NCBI RefSeq assembly: GCF_009914755.1
Contig: NC_060929.1
Length of the DNA stretch: 64,000 bases
DNA from: the human T2T-CHM13v2.0 reference genome, Homo sapiens
Strand: one strand, 5' to 3'
Shown: piece after piece, positions 1 through 14,912 of the stretch
Layout: the number at the start of each line of letters is the position of its first letter
Numbering within the stretch: the stretch's first letter is position 1
Position numbers and translations under genes: made by a program
The notes under the pieces: model-generated
What the model was told of the DNA's origin: nothing
Seen by the model: the letters and a program-made list of their open reading frames with translations, nothing else
Databases searched by the model: none

Positions 1-24
1 GTCTGAAGTCAAAGTTCCAGAAGA

Positions 25-684
25 CAGGCTGTGAAGAAAAGGTAGTGCTTACACCCTGCTGGTGGGAGTCTAAATTAGTTCGGCAATGTGGAAGACAATG
101 TGGTCATTCCTCAAAGAGCTAAAAACTGAACTATCATTCAACCCAGCAATCCCGTTACTGGATATATACCCAAAGGAATACAAATCATTCTTCCATAAAG
201 ACACACGCACCCATATGTTCATTGCAATACTATTCACAATAGCAAAGACATGAAATCAACCTAAAGACCCATCAAGGGTAGACTGAGTAAAGAAAATATG
301 GTACATATAGACCATGGAATACTATGCAGCTATCAAAAACAGTGAGATCATGTCCTTTGCAGGAACATGGAAACAGCCGGAGGATATTATCCTAAGTGAA
401 TTAATACAGGAACAGAAAACCAAATGCCACATGTTCTTACTTAGAAGTGAGAGCTAAATATTGAGTACGCATGAACACAAAGAGGGGAACAACAGACACC
501 GGGGCGTACTTGAGGGTGGAGGGTGGGAGGAAGGTGAGGATTGAAAAACTACCTATTGGGCACTAAGCTTATTACCTAGGTGATTAAATAATCTGTACAC
601 CAAACCCCTGTGATACGTAATTTATTTATGGGACCAACCTGCACACATGTTCCTGAAACTAAAAATTAGAAAAAAGAACAAAAA
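25..684 (+). mobile_element. 5'-truncated L1 3' end (L1PA15/16-like) with A-tail, inserted into a MaLR LTR
   Basis: End of ORF2 plus 3'UTR motifs (CCCAGCAATCCC, ATGGAATACTATGCAGC, GAGGGTGGAGGGTGGGAGG). TSD AAAGT(T/G)CCAGAAGA at 11-24 and 685-698. Confidence 0.92.
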
Positions 685-950
685 AAAGTGCCAGAAGATT
701 TGGTATCTGAGGAGGTCCTGCTTTCTGATTTTAAGTTGGCACCCTGTATCCTCACATGGTCGAAGAGCTGAGGGAGTTTACTGTTTACTGGGGTCCTCTT
801 TCATAAGGGCACTAATCCCATCCATGTGGCTCCACCTTCCTGACCCAATCACCTCCCAAAGGCTCCACCTCCTAATACCATCACCATGGGGGTGAGGATT
901 TTGACACAGGAGCTTCAGTGGTTAAACACAAATATGCAGTCTACAACAGC
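685..950 (-). mobile_element. MaLR LTR (MLT1A0/MSTD-like); continues at 1-24 on the other side of the L1
   Basis: TCCTCACATGG, ATAAGGGCACTAATCCCAT, TGACCCAATCACCTCCCAAAGGCTCCACCTCCTAATACCATCAC match the antisense MLT1A/MST LTR. Confidence 0.85.
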
Positions 951-2983
951 AGGTGACTAGGAAGCCGGGGGAGAGGAACGCCGCAGAGCAAGCCTTAATC
1001 TTAGAAAATACGTAAGTCATCCCAAAGGTTGGTGGAGACATGGATGGTAAAGGCCATCCTGCTGCAGTCTCAGACCAAAATGAGAAACATGCCACTGGAA
1101 AATGGAGAGCAAGCAACCACAGCCCTTGCTATGAAACAGCAAAGAACTAGTCCAAACTGAATTTAAATTTTAGTGTTTTGTCAAGGTAGGACTTGCAAGC
1201 GATGAATTGGATATTGAATTGAAGCTGCTTCTAAGCAAAGGGATGAAGGTAGGCTTGGCTTCTCTTGACTGCCTACAGTAAAGTGGAGAAGAGAGAAACA
1301 ACTTAAAGACAGAACTATTCATTGAAAAGAAGGCAGGACTTAAGGATTTGGGAAGTTCTTAGCCTATTCGTATTGAGGAGAATGAGAAAACATGTTTAGA
1401 AGAGAATGCAAAGGGTGTGGCTAAGAGGCCATTTGATACTGAGATTAGTAGGATCATCCATCCCAACAGAAGCCAGGAGCTTTTCTCCAGGAGGGTGGAA
1501 GGATGATCCTGAAGGCCACTTGGAGATCATCAGGGCTGCTCCTCCCATCACAGGCTGAGTGCAAAGGCTAGGGGTGGGGTTGTAGCAGTTTCAAAATGGT
1601 AGTCACTGGTATCCGTGGAAGCACCACATGTACTGGCCCACCGTCATCTCTCATGGTGGGCTCTGCTCCCTGAGAGCATGGGGACCCGCACTGTGGCTCT
1701 GGCAGGAGCAACACAGGCTTCAGTGGGTGTAGGTGAAGCAGTGTCATTGTCTTGGGTAACAACCAAGGATCCTTGCCTCATGCCAAGGAAATCAAGGACA
1801 TGGAAACACATGGAGTGAGGTTAAAAGCGGAGGTTTAATAGGCAAAAGAAAGAGAACAGCTCTCTCTCCTGCAAGAGAAAGGGGCTCCTGAGTGGGACTT
1901 CTGGCCCTGGAGTGGACAGGGCTTTATAGACAGGCTTGAGGAGGTGGTGTCGGATTTACATCGGGCCCAAAGATTGGTTGGACCAGGTGTGACATTTCCA
2001 TAGCACACGAGGAAGCTGACCACCCCATCCTAGTCTTATATTATGCAAATGGAGTCTCGACTTATGTGGCACCATGTTGCCTGCTCCTTACTGTGCACAT
2101 GGTTGACAAGGAAAGGGGAAGATGGAGCCACTATGTTGGACATGTCTAGCCCCCAGGTAGCTTTTTCCTATTGGCACAGCTGCTGGCATTCACCCGTGCA
2201 AGTTTCCAGCTTCCTTGTCTATGTCTGCAGCTCAATTTTACAGGCTGTTCTTTGTTAGGAAAAAAAAAATGATTTGGGGGTTGCTTTACATTAAAAGGAA
2301 AACCTTACTGAGGACTTCCATACCCTCACTCTCTGCCCAAATAATTTCTTCTTAACTCCTATATCACAAGCAGCAAATTTTGCTGTTATCACATGATGCC
2401 ATCTCTGCTGGCACCCAGGGCTCACATGCCTAGGAAGCATGCCTATCTCCATGTGGATTTCAATAGGCAGAGCCACCACAGACAGCCCCGTATTAGGCTG
2501 ATGCCCAGGGAAGCCATGGAGGCAGGGCCACCTGGAGTCATGGGGGCTTGACCTCTGCCTCGAGAAGCCCAGTGTGTCTCAGAGGCAGAGTTGCAGCCCC
2601 GGCGGTGGGGGCATCTCAAAGGCTTATTCTCAAGCCTTAGGCTCAATTTCATTTGCCCTGCTAGATTTTGCACTTACCTAGAGCCTGTAACTTCTTGTTT
2701 TCTTTTCTGTTTCTCACTTTTGGAACGGGAATGTCTGTTCCATGCCTGCCTTACCATTGTATTTTGGAAGCACATAACTTGTTTGATTTCACAGGTTCAC
2801 AGCTGGAGAACAATTTGCCACAGAATGAATCATACCTTGAGTCGAACTCATATGCTATTTAGATCTTATTTGGATGAGACACTGGACTTTGAACTTTTGA
2901 GTTGGTCCTGGAATGAATTGGGATTTAGGGGTCTATTTGGATGGAATGAATGCACTTTAAGGATTTTGGGGGCCAGTGTGGGA
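951..2983 (+). mobile_element. MaLR internal region (MLT1A0-int-like), interrupted by an ERV1 LTR at 1742-2368
   Basis: MaLR-int motifs ATGGATGGTAAAGGCCAT...GTCTCAGA, GGCTTCTCTTGACTGC, GATGAGACACTGGACTTTGAAC, ending in a purine tract just before the 3' LTR. Confidence 0.8.
1742..2368 (-). mobile_element. ERV1 solo LTR, LTR9-like (HUERS-P3 group)
   Basis: TG...CA termini with perfect 5-bp TSD AGCAG (1737-1741, 2369-2373). Minus strand begins TGTGATATAGGAGTTAAGAAGAAATTATTTGGGCAGA. Subfamily from recall. Confidence 0.8.
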
Positions 2984-3355
2984 TACCATAGACTGAATAT
3001 TTGCATTCATGCAAATTGTATATGTTGAAACCTAATCCCCAGTGTGATGATATTTGGAGGTGGGACCTTTGGGAGGTGATTAGGTTATAAGGGTGGAGCC
3101 CTATGAATGGGATTAGTGCCCTTATAAGGGCAGCTTGTTTCTCTCTCCCTCTCCCTCTCTCTGTTTTCTACATGAGAGAATGCAGTGACAGAACATTGTC
3201 TATGAACCAGGAAATGGCCCTCACCAGACACTGCATCAGCCAGGACCTTGATCTTGGACTTCCCAGACTCCAGAGCTGTGAGAAATAAGTTTCTGTTGTT
3301 TATAAGCCACATCGTTTATGGCATTCTCTTACAGCAGCCTGAAAGAGCTAAGACA
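2984..3355 (+). mobile_element. MLT1A0 LTR (3' LTR of the MaLR element above)
   Basis: Typical MLT1A0 text: GTTGAAACCTAATCCCC, GGAGGTGATTAGG, TGAATGGGATTAGTGCCCTTATAA, TTGATCTTGGACTTCCCAG, ending CTAAGACA. Confidence 0.9.
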
Positions 3356-3534
3356 ATCTGTGATTACAATCTCACACTAAACTATTGTAACAGTGTTTGT
3401 TTTCTTTTGTGTTCTTCATGAGAAACTTTATTGGTCATTAAAAAAATAGGCTTAGGAAGAAGAAATCACACCAAGTTAATCTTGCTTGTCACTTAGGCTC
3501 TCACACTGCTCACAGGCCATGAAACCCCCAAAAG

Positions 3535-3655
3535 CCAAGTGTCCCTCTGGTCTCAGTTTCCTTTTCAATAAACTAGGGTCCAGACCTGTGATCACCTTAC
3601 TCCACAGCACTTTCATGAGTTTCAAATGAGATAACAGGTGAATGATGCTTTGGTG
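3535..3655 (+). mobile_element. MIR fragment
   Basis: TCTCAGTTTCC core and TCAAATGAGATAA motif. Confidence 0.55.
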
Positions 3656-5079
3656 ACAGTAAAGAGTGAAAGGATAATTTTATTACCAAGAGTGGAGAAA
3701 TCCCCTTATTTAACCGCAGTTAACACTATTATGTATTGTTAGGATGTCTCAGTGCTGCCGTGTGCCCAAGACAGGATGTGATGGCTCATGACAACTAGTC
3801 CTCTTCCAATTTCCACAAGAACAGCTAGACTCAATACCAGGAAGAACCCTGCCCCAAATTAATTGAAGTTTTAACTAGTAAGCAGATAGGAAATGGATAT
3901 AGTGTCTACGTAATTTGCTAAATACAATGTTGAGTGTAATTTAATCAGAATTCAAGTAAGGTTCAGAAACCTCATTTTATAGGGTAGTTAAGAACTAGAA
4001 CTATAAATTAGAGTCCAAGGCTTCTTAAATAATAATAATACCAATAATAAATATGCATTGAGTACCTGTTACGGACCTAGCCTTGGGCCAAATGCTTCAT
4101 ATTAGACCACGATTTTCACTAAATAAGTGATGCACTAATATAGGTGGCAAGCACTTTGATTTATAATTTTTAAGGTAGCCAAAGTCATCATAGATGTTGG
4201 TTATTATCTCTAGTTTTTTAATGGTAATATACAGATGTAAATGTTAATATCATATGAATAAGTTGCATTAGTATGCTAAATATATTAATAAACTCATGCT
4301 TTTGAGAAAACTATGCACATTTACCACATTCCCTGCTTTCTTTCCCAAAATGAGACTCCAGAGCAAAGTCATGACGACCCCTTTGGTTGCCCCCACTCAT
4401 GCTCCCACCAAACTCTCCTTCATACACAGGCACCTGCTGCTTCCAGGCTGGCCCCGTCTTCCCCAGACTCCCCTCTTGTAGGGATGCCCCTTCTTGTGTC
4501 CCCTCTCCATGACCTCAAGCAAAACCTAAGTCTTCTCTATCCCATGATCACAGTAACATGATTCAAGTTTTGACATCTTTGATGTTAACAAGTCAAGTCA
4601 GCTAACAGTAACCCCTCCCAGCAACATCCGTACTTTAATGTGGCCTTCTTGGCTTGGTGGCCCCCATGAACTCATTTGACTTAGATATTTGCTAAGTCAA
4701 TGGAATGTTCTGATAAGGCAAACTCTGACCAGGTGAGAGAAATCAGATCTTCGACAGGAAAACAAAGTTGATTGGGGGAGGCTTGGAGACCTGTGAGTGT
4801 CCCTCCAGGTATACTGCATAGGCGATTGCTCTTGTGTCCAACCAACCTGCAGTTCATGATGAGCTGGAACAAAGAGAGCTCTGCCTGTAATAGATTTAAC
4901 CAGCTTTGCTGAAGTGCTCTGAATAACACATTGGGAGGAACAGCACTGGCTGTCTGGACTGGCTTTTCCCATGGGTTGCTGTGGTGACCACATGTGAAAG
5001 TTCCCTAGAATAAGAGAATAAGTACAATCTTCCACTCACCCTCTCAACAGTAGCCACTGCCTGGGCTGCTGCTCCCACC

Positions 5080-5190
5080 AGATGTGGAAATACATAGGAG
5101 AGCTGTGAATATTTGCACGAGGTCCACAGCAAGTGAGTGGCAGGCCAGGGGTCTGAACCTGGCCCTCCTAATGCCCCATCCAATACGCTC
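5080..5190 (-). mobile_element. MIR fragment
   Basis: GAGGTCCACAGCAAGTGAGTGGCAGGCCAGGGGTCTGAACC resembles the antisense MIR core. Confidence 0.55.
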
Positions 5191-5854
5191 ACCGCTTCAT
5201 TTGGTCATGACTTACTGCTGCATAGGATCAAGCGAAATTGACAGTGGGGAATCTTTTTCATCCTCATCCACAGATTCCAATTAACAAGGCCTTAGAACAA
5301 TTTCGGCATAAGTGGGTTTCCTCAGAAAATTTTACATAATAGTGATTTGAGAAGAGTGTATCAATAATAATCTGAGTTTTATTAAAATAAAAAATCATCT
5401 TAAGGTAAAAAATATATATAAGGTAAGGGAAAAACATTTTCTTCTGTGTTCGAGAAAACTATGAAATAAATGGCATGACATTGTATATTACAAGCTTGAG
5501 AACAAACAGTCACTCCAAAAATCCAAATCAGGGATGAAGAGAAGAAAAATTTAGAATTCAAATAAATATGGAATTGACAAAGTTAATATGCACTTTTATG
5601 GTACATCTATTTTGGATGACAAGATAAATGTCAATGTTATAGAAACATGGACTAGACAGTTTATTTAATTTGGCAAAGCTTACAGCTTTCAGCCACAAAA
5701 TGAAAACTAAATTTAGACTATTCAAGAATTTTCTAGGCTTTCAGCAAAGCTGTGGAGGTGGACACGGCGATGCCGTCTTTGGGGCCAGCATACCCCATCA
5801 CCCAGTTACTGGGGGCGTCACCTACTGATGACTTTCAGTTGGGATCTTCCTTGG

Positions 5855-6659
<805 letters not shown>

Positions 6660-9600
6660 CTGGGCATTGCCCCTGGCCACAGAGAACAGCTGCTTCGTGA
6701 AAGGGTGGCCCCCAGGGGGTGGGCGATGGCAGCGACTGGCTGCAGCAAGGATGCTGCAACGGTGCCAAGGTTGCATGCATGCAAGGCCCCCTCCCTTTCA
6801 GTCTGTGAAAACCCTGAGCAACCGTCCCATCACGCTGGGACTTGGCAGCACCCAACTTACCAGCCCACATCTCCCTCGAACATGGCCCCACCACCCTCAC
6901 TTCCTTAGAGGCTCACTCCCCAAAGCAGACACAGAAACACAGACACGACTCCCTCCCAGTCTGCTTCCTGGGGCAGCACTCCATGGCAGCTGTAAACCGC
7001 AACTAGATCATTATGGATCTTGGTTACTGGGAGGCGGTTTTATTAGATTCACAGACACAACTTCCTTGGAGCAAAACTAAACACTGTGTCTGAAGCTACA
7101 GAGGGTGAATCTCCAGGATGCCTAGAAATCCTCCGATGTCTGAACCCTGGAGGGTTTGGCCGGTGACTGGTGGCCTGAGGACAGCCATGAATCAGCAGCT
7201 CAAGAAGCTGGGAAATGAAGGACCAATATTGCTGGCAGCTAATAGGGAGGGAGGCACCCATTGTGGTGAGATGGATGGCTTCCCATTAGCAGAGATTCTG
7301 TTAGAGAGGGATGCTTGCTCTTGCTTTAACCTCTTAGCAGGGTGCAGGTGGCACATAACCTGAGCCTTGATGGGCAGTGGAGAGGGAGGAGCCTCCTTGG
7401 AGCCCCAGAATGTGCTCCTCCCATCCTGGCTGCATCCACACTCAATGGAAGGACTCTCAGAGCCCCTTGTTTTTCTGCACGCACTCACATTCTGCAGAGG
7501 AACACAGAGTCATTGTTCCTTGCGTTCACATGCTGGGGAGCTGGTCAGTCTTGGAAAAAGGGGACAGGGTGGCCAGAAGCATGTAGGAGGGACCAGCAGA
7601 GGGCAGCTGGCCTGGGCTCAAGCGCGGGGACCAGCCCCTTCACACCGATCTTTCTACACTGGATCCTCTTGAGCTGGGCACGCTGCGCTCTAGTTCCAAG
7701 ATCAACTTGGAAAGCAGGGATTCATACAGAGACACACGAAAGGATGGCTGCTATTCCAATAATGATGATTTTTTGGGTTGCAACATTCAAATAGTCCTTC
7801 CTTTTTAAACAGTATGTATTAAAAATATTACTTGCCCTTTTCTCTACACTAAGTATGAATCAACTATTAATCTGAAAAGCAAAATATTTTTATGTGGAGG
7901 AGAAAAAAGCATTTATGGAGTGGGACACTTTGGTGCTGTTTCCCAGGTATGTGGGTTTTGCCCCTGCTGCCTGCTGCTCCCCTGTGGGGAGGGTACACGG
8001 CCCAAGGAGGAACAGGAAAAGGGCGCTGGTCTGATGCTGTGAGGTCAGTTAGGGGAGCAGGCTCTGCAGAAAGTGCCTCCAGGAAGGAGGGAGGCTTGGT
8101 GCCATGTTGGAGGCAGAGCACCAAAGTTCCATGCATCCTTGTGGTTTGAAACCAGGTCCCCATGCACCCGCTGTATGCACTGCATACCACGCACCTCTGG
8201 GGAATACAAGCGGCCTCTGTCATCTATTATAAGAAGCACTTCTGCCCACTGCATTCTGGCATCACAGTCGCCAAGGATCACAAGCAGTTAAGCACTGGAT
8301 GAAACAGGGCTGTATTCACGTGGAAAAGAAGCAGGTTAAGATCCATTTCCATGTTGGGCATTGGTCTGCCACGACGAGTGGGTCCCTCCCAACAGCCAAT
8401 GCAGGGCCACTGGCAGGCACACACCCTTCTTCCCTCTTATGCTGCGGCAGAAGGACCTGCCCTCTCCCCACAGGGGACAGACATAGCAGTGGGGCTGGCC
8501 AGGTGCCATGTGATGCACACACTGAAGCAGAACAGAGGACACAATGACTCTGAAACAGGGAGAGATGTTCCCATACTAGGCGATGGGTCCAGGAGAGGTT
8601 GTGAGGATGCTGCCTTTTGGTAAGGACGTGTCTCAGGCCCATAGCCCATTCTTATGTGTCTGAGCAGGGCTGGAAAGCCTGTGTCCCTGAGGCTGCCCTT
8701 CCTAATAGGGCTGTTCACTTTGACCCAGTGCAACCCCACCCTGCCCTCTAGAACTGCACACATGGTGGCCCTATATAGGACTCTTATAGCAGAGGACGTG
8801 CCATTGGTCTGGTCCCTGTGCAGAAGGGCCTGGAAGATGCTGTGCTGCTGGTGAGCTGAGCCACAGGAGCAGGTCCACGGGGAGCCCTGCACAGAGCCAC
8901 GCTCGATGGTTGTTACAGGTGAGTGTTAGCATCCACCCAGGCCTGCAGGCTGGAAGGCGAGGAAGATAGGGCTGGGCAGGGGTTGCCTGGAAAGAAGCTG
9001 CCTGATTCAAAGAGAACCAAACAACTAACACTGGCAAGGAGCCTCTCGGCGCCTGGGAGAGGTCAGCAGCTGCTCTGAAGAGACAAAAAAACTGACCAAG
9101 GCCCCACCCAGCCCATGGGGTTTTCCCTGGCTCTTAACTTACTGGCCCACATTCACCTCCCAGCCTCTGGATGCATGGGGTCTGTGAACACCTTTCCACA
9201 GGCAGAGGGGCAGAGCCACCTGCCGAAGCCTTCCTCAAGCCTACATGCCCCCATGTGAGCCTCCTAGCCTGGCAGCTCTGGCCCTGGAATCCTGCCTTTG
9301 CAACCCCAAATGGGACTGCCATCTGCCTCTGCTGGCCTTTGCACACCCACTTGCTATCCATCACCATAGTCCATACGCCCTGGTAAATGTTCAAAGTGCT
9401 GCTGTGCTGGAGTGGAGGAGGCCAGGTTCATCAAGCCTTCAACAATGGGAAACAAGAGGACGTTGGATAAGTCTGAGTGCAGGCTCTTGTATGATGACAC
9501 TTTTCTACCACTGAGAATTTCGTGATCAGTGGCAGGAAGCTATCTCTGAAGTCCTGTGAGCCCAACTAGCTCGTCACGTGCAGGGCAGGGAGCAGGCAAG

Positions 9601-10519
9601 CTCCACACGTCCCACTGCCGCTGTGGTTGAGCCAGCCTTGGCTGTGTGATGCCTGCAAGCCATTCCTGGTAGCACAGAGGGAAATAATGCCGAGGCAAAG
9701 AACAAGTCAGCTCTGACACCAAGGAGACGGATGATAAATTGAAATGATGAATTTCTAATGCCGGCACAAAATCAGGTAGGAGGGATCATTCGTCAAATTT
9801 CCAGCACAACATACAATGGAAAGGTTTTTGGTTCGATAGGGAAATAGAAACCTTAACCAAGAGTTTAGATAAAAATCCAGTGTGAGATGTTCATTTTGCA
9901 ACCTATGCTTGGGACACGATTGAACAAGCTTATTTTATCCAAGTGGTATTCCTGTACATTTATGGCGGCTCATAAACTGTTTATCACTGTTCCCTGTGCT
10001 TGTTGATGTGCCATTTAGTACGGCACAACCTGCTCCCCAGAAAGCTGAATCATTGTAAGCTTAAAACATGATATCTGCCTCTGCAGATTTTATTCCCACT
10101 ATACACAGAATCCAAAGAGAAATTCTGAAAACTGTGGGAATTGGAGAAGTCCTTGAACATGCTGAGTGATCCCACCCACCCCACTGATGGATTCCAGCCT
10201 CTCTCCGTTGAGCACCTGTCGACGCTCTAGCCATTAGTACATGGGCTGCTGTATTTAGTTTTGGGACAGTTGAGCACCACCAGTCACCTTGGTGGCAAGG
10301 AGAGCCCTCTCCACCGCTCTCCCCGCTGGCTGAATGACATGGAGCCACCACGCCCACCATGCTTGTTCATGTCTTCTCCCTAGGGCAGGACTCTTAGTCT
10401 TGTTCATTTCTAATTTGCATTTAAGAACACAAAGATGTTCCTCTATGTGGTGCCTAAATCCCAATCTCAGAGAAAAACAAGCATACCATAAAACTGTGAA
10501 ATATTAAGACAGGATATTA

Positions 10520-10640
10520 AGTGATCTCATTATACTGTTGAGTAAACTAAGGCCTGGTAAGGCTGTGTCACTTAATCAAAGTTACCAGATGCTCACGGGC
10601 TGAGGTTTAGGTCTCTGAGCTTTCAATCCAGTGCTTGTTC
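10520..10640 (-). mobile_element. MIR fragment
   Basis: TGAGTAAACTAAGGC...CAAAGTTACCAG, antisense MIR core. Confidence 0.55.
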
Positions 10641-11240
10641 TGCAATTGGTGAAGGTCCCTATTTCTAAAAGCCTCATGACCTTGTACTGTACAGCTCTCC
10701 CTTTGTGTATGATGGTGCCCAGCACTTAACAAAGTCCATTAAATGGAGGCAGTAACTGCCCTTATGAACTCAAAACCCTCTGTGTACAACAACTGTGCAG
10801 AGAAAAAGCAGTTTGTAATTTCTATTTTTGCAAGCCACTTCAGTCTGTGTGCTCTTGGTTTTGGAAAACCTCTAGCCCCATCAAAGGTTGCCCCCATTGC
10901 CCTGGCTCCCATTAGGTCTGGGGGTCCCTTTGGGCATTGTTTGTGTGTTTTCAAGAGGCACTCTGGGGACAGTGTTACCCCCACGATTACCTCTCCTCCC
11001 TCCTTTGCTGAGGGCTCTGCTGTAAGGCCCTCACCCTGAGGCTGTGTCCAGGAGCCCCACCCAGCCACTCCTGCCTCTTCCCACCTCAGCTGGGCTCAGG
11101 CCTCGCCGCATTGAGCTCCCCACCAATGCCGAGTGGTGCCAGGGCCTCTGGAGTCAGGGAAGAGCCGACACCACACTCCTCCTCCCTCCCCATTCAGTGC
11201 GGGCTGCACTTTGCACTCTGAGCACCAAAGCAACCATGCT

Positions 11241-11699
11241 TGTCAGGGCCAGGGGCTGGCGGGCCTCCTAACGCTGCCTCATGCTGGGCAGCTTAAACAA
11301 CACACATTTATTGTCTCACGGTTGGGAGGCCTGGAGTCTGAGATCGGGCTGTGGTCAGGGCTGTTTCCTCTGGAGGATCTGAGGGAGCCTCTGGCCCTGG
11401 CCCCTCTCCAGCTTCCAGTGGCAGCCAGCCCTCTTTGGTGTGTTTTGGCTTGGAGATGCATCTCCCCAACCTCTGCCTCACCTTCACTTGGCCTTCTCAC
11501 TGTGTGCAAAACCCCGTGGCCAAACCCTCCCTTCCTCATAAGAACACCAGTCACGTGGATTAGGGCTCACCCTAACAACCTCACTTTAACTGCATTACCT
11601 CTCTGAAGACCCGTGTCCAAATAAGGTCACATTCTGAGCTTCTGGGATTAGGACACCAACATTTCTTTTGTAGAGGGAAACACGTTTCAGCTCCTGACA
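11241..11699 (-). mobile_element. MLT1C-like LTR
   Basis: GCTTAAACAACACACATTTATTGTCTCACGG, ATAAGAACACCAGTCA, CCAAATAAGGTCACATTCTGAG. Confidence 0.87.
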
Positions 11700-12559
11700 G
11701 CTGATATTAGGGCGAGTTCAGTGAAGCCCCCAGGGCATGGTGGAAGGAGGCCCCACTCTCCAGGTGGTACAAGCAGAGCATCGGCCATGAGACCGAAGCT
11801 GCCTCCCTGTTTTGTGCCCTAAGCCCCTCACTCACCTCCCCCACCCCCCAGCCCTGCTGTTTGTTTAATAAAAGAGGTGAGGTCTCACTCACACACACCT
11901 CTACCCACTTTGGACCCAATCTATGAGGAACCTGCCTGGAACTTGCTGAGGTGACCAAACACTGCTGCACTCAGAGCCCCTTGTGCCCCGAGGGACTAGG
12001 GTGCCCCTCTTGGGAGCTGGTAAGTGGCCAAATCTCTTCTGCCATACCTCGCGCTCTCCCTGGAAGCCCTGCAGTCCCTTGAGCAATCCCTGGTGGCCAC
12101 CTGACTGGCCGGGCCAGCGGTCTCTCAAAGGTCACTCTGAGACCAGACTCTCGGCAATTTGGTCTCCAGCTGGTCCCTGTTGCCCTGGAAAGATGGAAGA
12201 ACAGGCCAGTGATGGGGCATCAGAATGCACCTGGGGCTCTTGATGTGGTAAATGAAGGAAGTGGCCCTAGGTACCTAGGAGAAGACCAGGCAGCCAAAAA
12301 ATGTCTTTACGGCAACATTTCATAATCTGCGTAGCAAAGAGAAGAAAGAAGACTGACAGCATAAAGCAATGGGAATATTTCAGCTGAGTTTTCCCCTTGA
12401 TTAACTACAGAGGGAATGAGTAGGATGATTGGAACAGACACAAGAGGCAAGATTATTTAGCATTTGACTTAGGGCCTGCTGAAGATCTTGACTTTGACCA
12501 CCATGGACACACAGGCATCTCTGCTGCGCTGATGTGGTCACTGATGTGGTCAAGAGCAG

Positions 12560-12785
12560 GAAAGCTGCAGCCTAGTGCCCTCCCAGCAGCTCTGCCAGTT
12601 ACTCACTGCATGCTCTTGTTGACACTCCTTCACTTCTCTGTGCCTCTTTATCCATAAAATTTGGTTAATAATGGCTCCCGCCTTCCTGGTTTGTTGTGAG
12701 GTTCAAATGAGGTGGTGCATACAAGTGACTTAGGACAGCACTTGGCATGTCCAAATGTTCAGTAGCTCTTAGCCATGATCATTAC
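12560..12785 (+). mobile_element. MIR
   Basis: CTCTGTGCCTC...ATAAAAT...GTTGTGAGGTTCAAATGAG...CAGCACTTGGCA. Confidence 0.7.
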
Positions 12786-12788
12786 AGT

Positions 12789-13484
<696 letters not shown>

Positions 13485-14531
13485 CTGTTCTTTGGAACTC
13501 AAATAATTTAAAATGAGTTTTAAAACATTCTTCATTGTCAACTACTCTAGAGCTCACATTCAAACCCTTTTGAAAAGAGAATCCATGCAGGGCAACCTGC
13601 AGTGACATAGCAGTGGAGTTGTGAGAATGTGCCTCCTCTGAAGTGTGAACTGAGCAAAGCCGAGAACTTGGCTCTAGGCTCTCAGAACTTGACCGTGTCT
13701 TTGATGTTGCCCCACTGATGACCTGTTCATCTGAAGACCCAGCCCAGAAAAGGCAGGTCTGCTTGCCTCATGGAACAGAGAACCAGTGTCACTTCCAACC
13801 CATTCAAATCCTCACTTCTCCTCCATCTTTTAACCAGGGTTGTTTTTCCTTAATGCTGATCCACAAATGCAGAGGTTCCCATGAGAATGCCATGACAATT
13901 TACTACTCTGTTCTGAGTTTTGCAACTGTGTTTTTGCATGGAGGGTCAAGAAATGTAGTGGGACCAAGTTTCTTTTAATCTCTTCAATTCAACTCACTCT
14001 AGTTCAATCTGTTGTAGAGTTAGAGTTATAACACTTGATTTCATTTTTTGTTTGACCATGCTCATGGGGTAAATGGATGAGCTCTTTGTTCAAAGCATTT
14101 TGAAGAAAGTTGCTTTTTCAGCTACTTTAAGTGCATCTGCACTGCTGCCAAACACAGGCTCCACCACATTCCTGGAGAGGGCTTCCTGGGACCCACTTAG
14201 AAATGTAAGTTATACTGCATAGAAAAGAACTACATCCAGAAAAATAAATGCAAATAGTGGAAGGCTGAGAAATTGCCCTTGAGAGATAGGAAAAAAATTA
14301 AAAAAAAAAAAAAACGATTAAGGAAAGGGAGGCTGAGTCAGGGAGGAGCCGGAAGAACCAGACACAGCAGGCAAAGGGAATGTGGTGGGTGGGACTGAAG
14401 CCACATTCAGGAGAGCACACATGAGATCTGCACCCATGGGCATTCCCAACAGCGAGAACAGTTCCACGTGCCCCTGGGGCCTCCAGAACAAAAACACAGG
14501 AGCATGCTCAGAACCGACAGAGCCCATGCTT

Positions 14532-14912
14532 TGAATTAGTCGGCTTGGGCTGCCAAAACAAAATACAGGAGACTGAGAGCCTCAAATCACAGAAATTTAT
14601 GTTCGCACAGTTGTCGAGGCTGGAAGCGCAAGATCAGGGTGTCAACATGGTGGGTTTCCAAGGAGGGCTCTCTTCCTTCTTTGTTAGACGGCCGTCTTCT
14701 CACTGTGTGCTCACATAGCCTCTTCTTACAGGGAGAGAAAGAGAGAGAGATCCTCACAGGCCACCAATGCTCTTGGATTTGGGCCCCACACTCATCCTTA
14801 TGACCTCATTAAACCTTTATGACTTCCTGCAGGTTATATTTCCAAATACAATCACAATGAGGATTACAGCTTCAACATGTGATTTTGGGAAAACACAGTT
14901 CTGTCCACAGCT
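14532..14912 (-). mobile_element. MLT1A-family LTR
   Basis: GGGCTGCCAAAACAAAATAC, CAGAAATTTAT, CTTATGACCTCATT, TCCAAATACAATCACA. Confidence 0.85.

Noticed and set aside
12529-12552. Small tandem duplications (CTGATGTGGTCA x2; 18-bp repeat at about 51498-51545)
   Set aside because: Ordinary slippage events with no sign of function.
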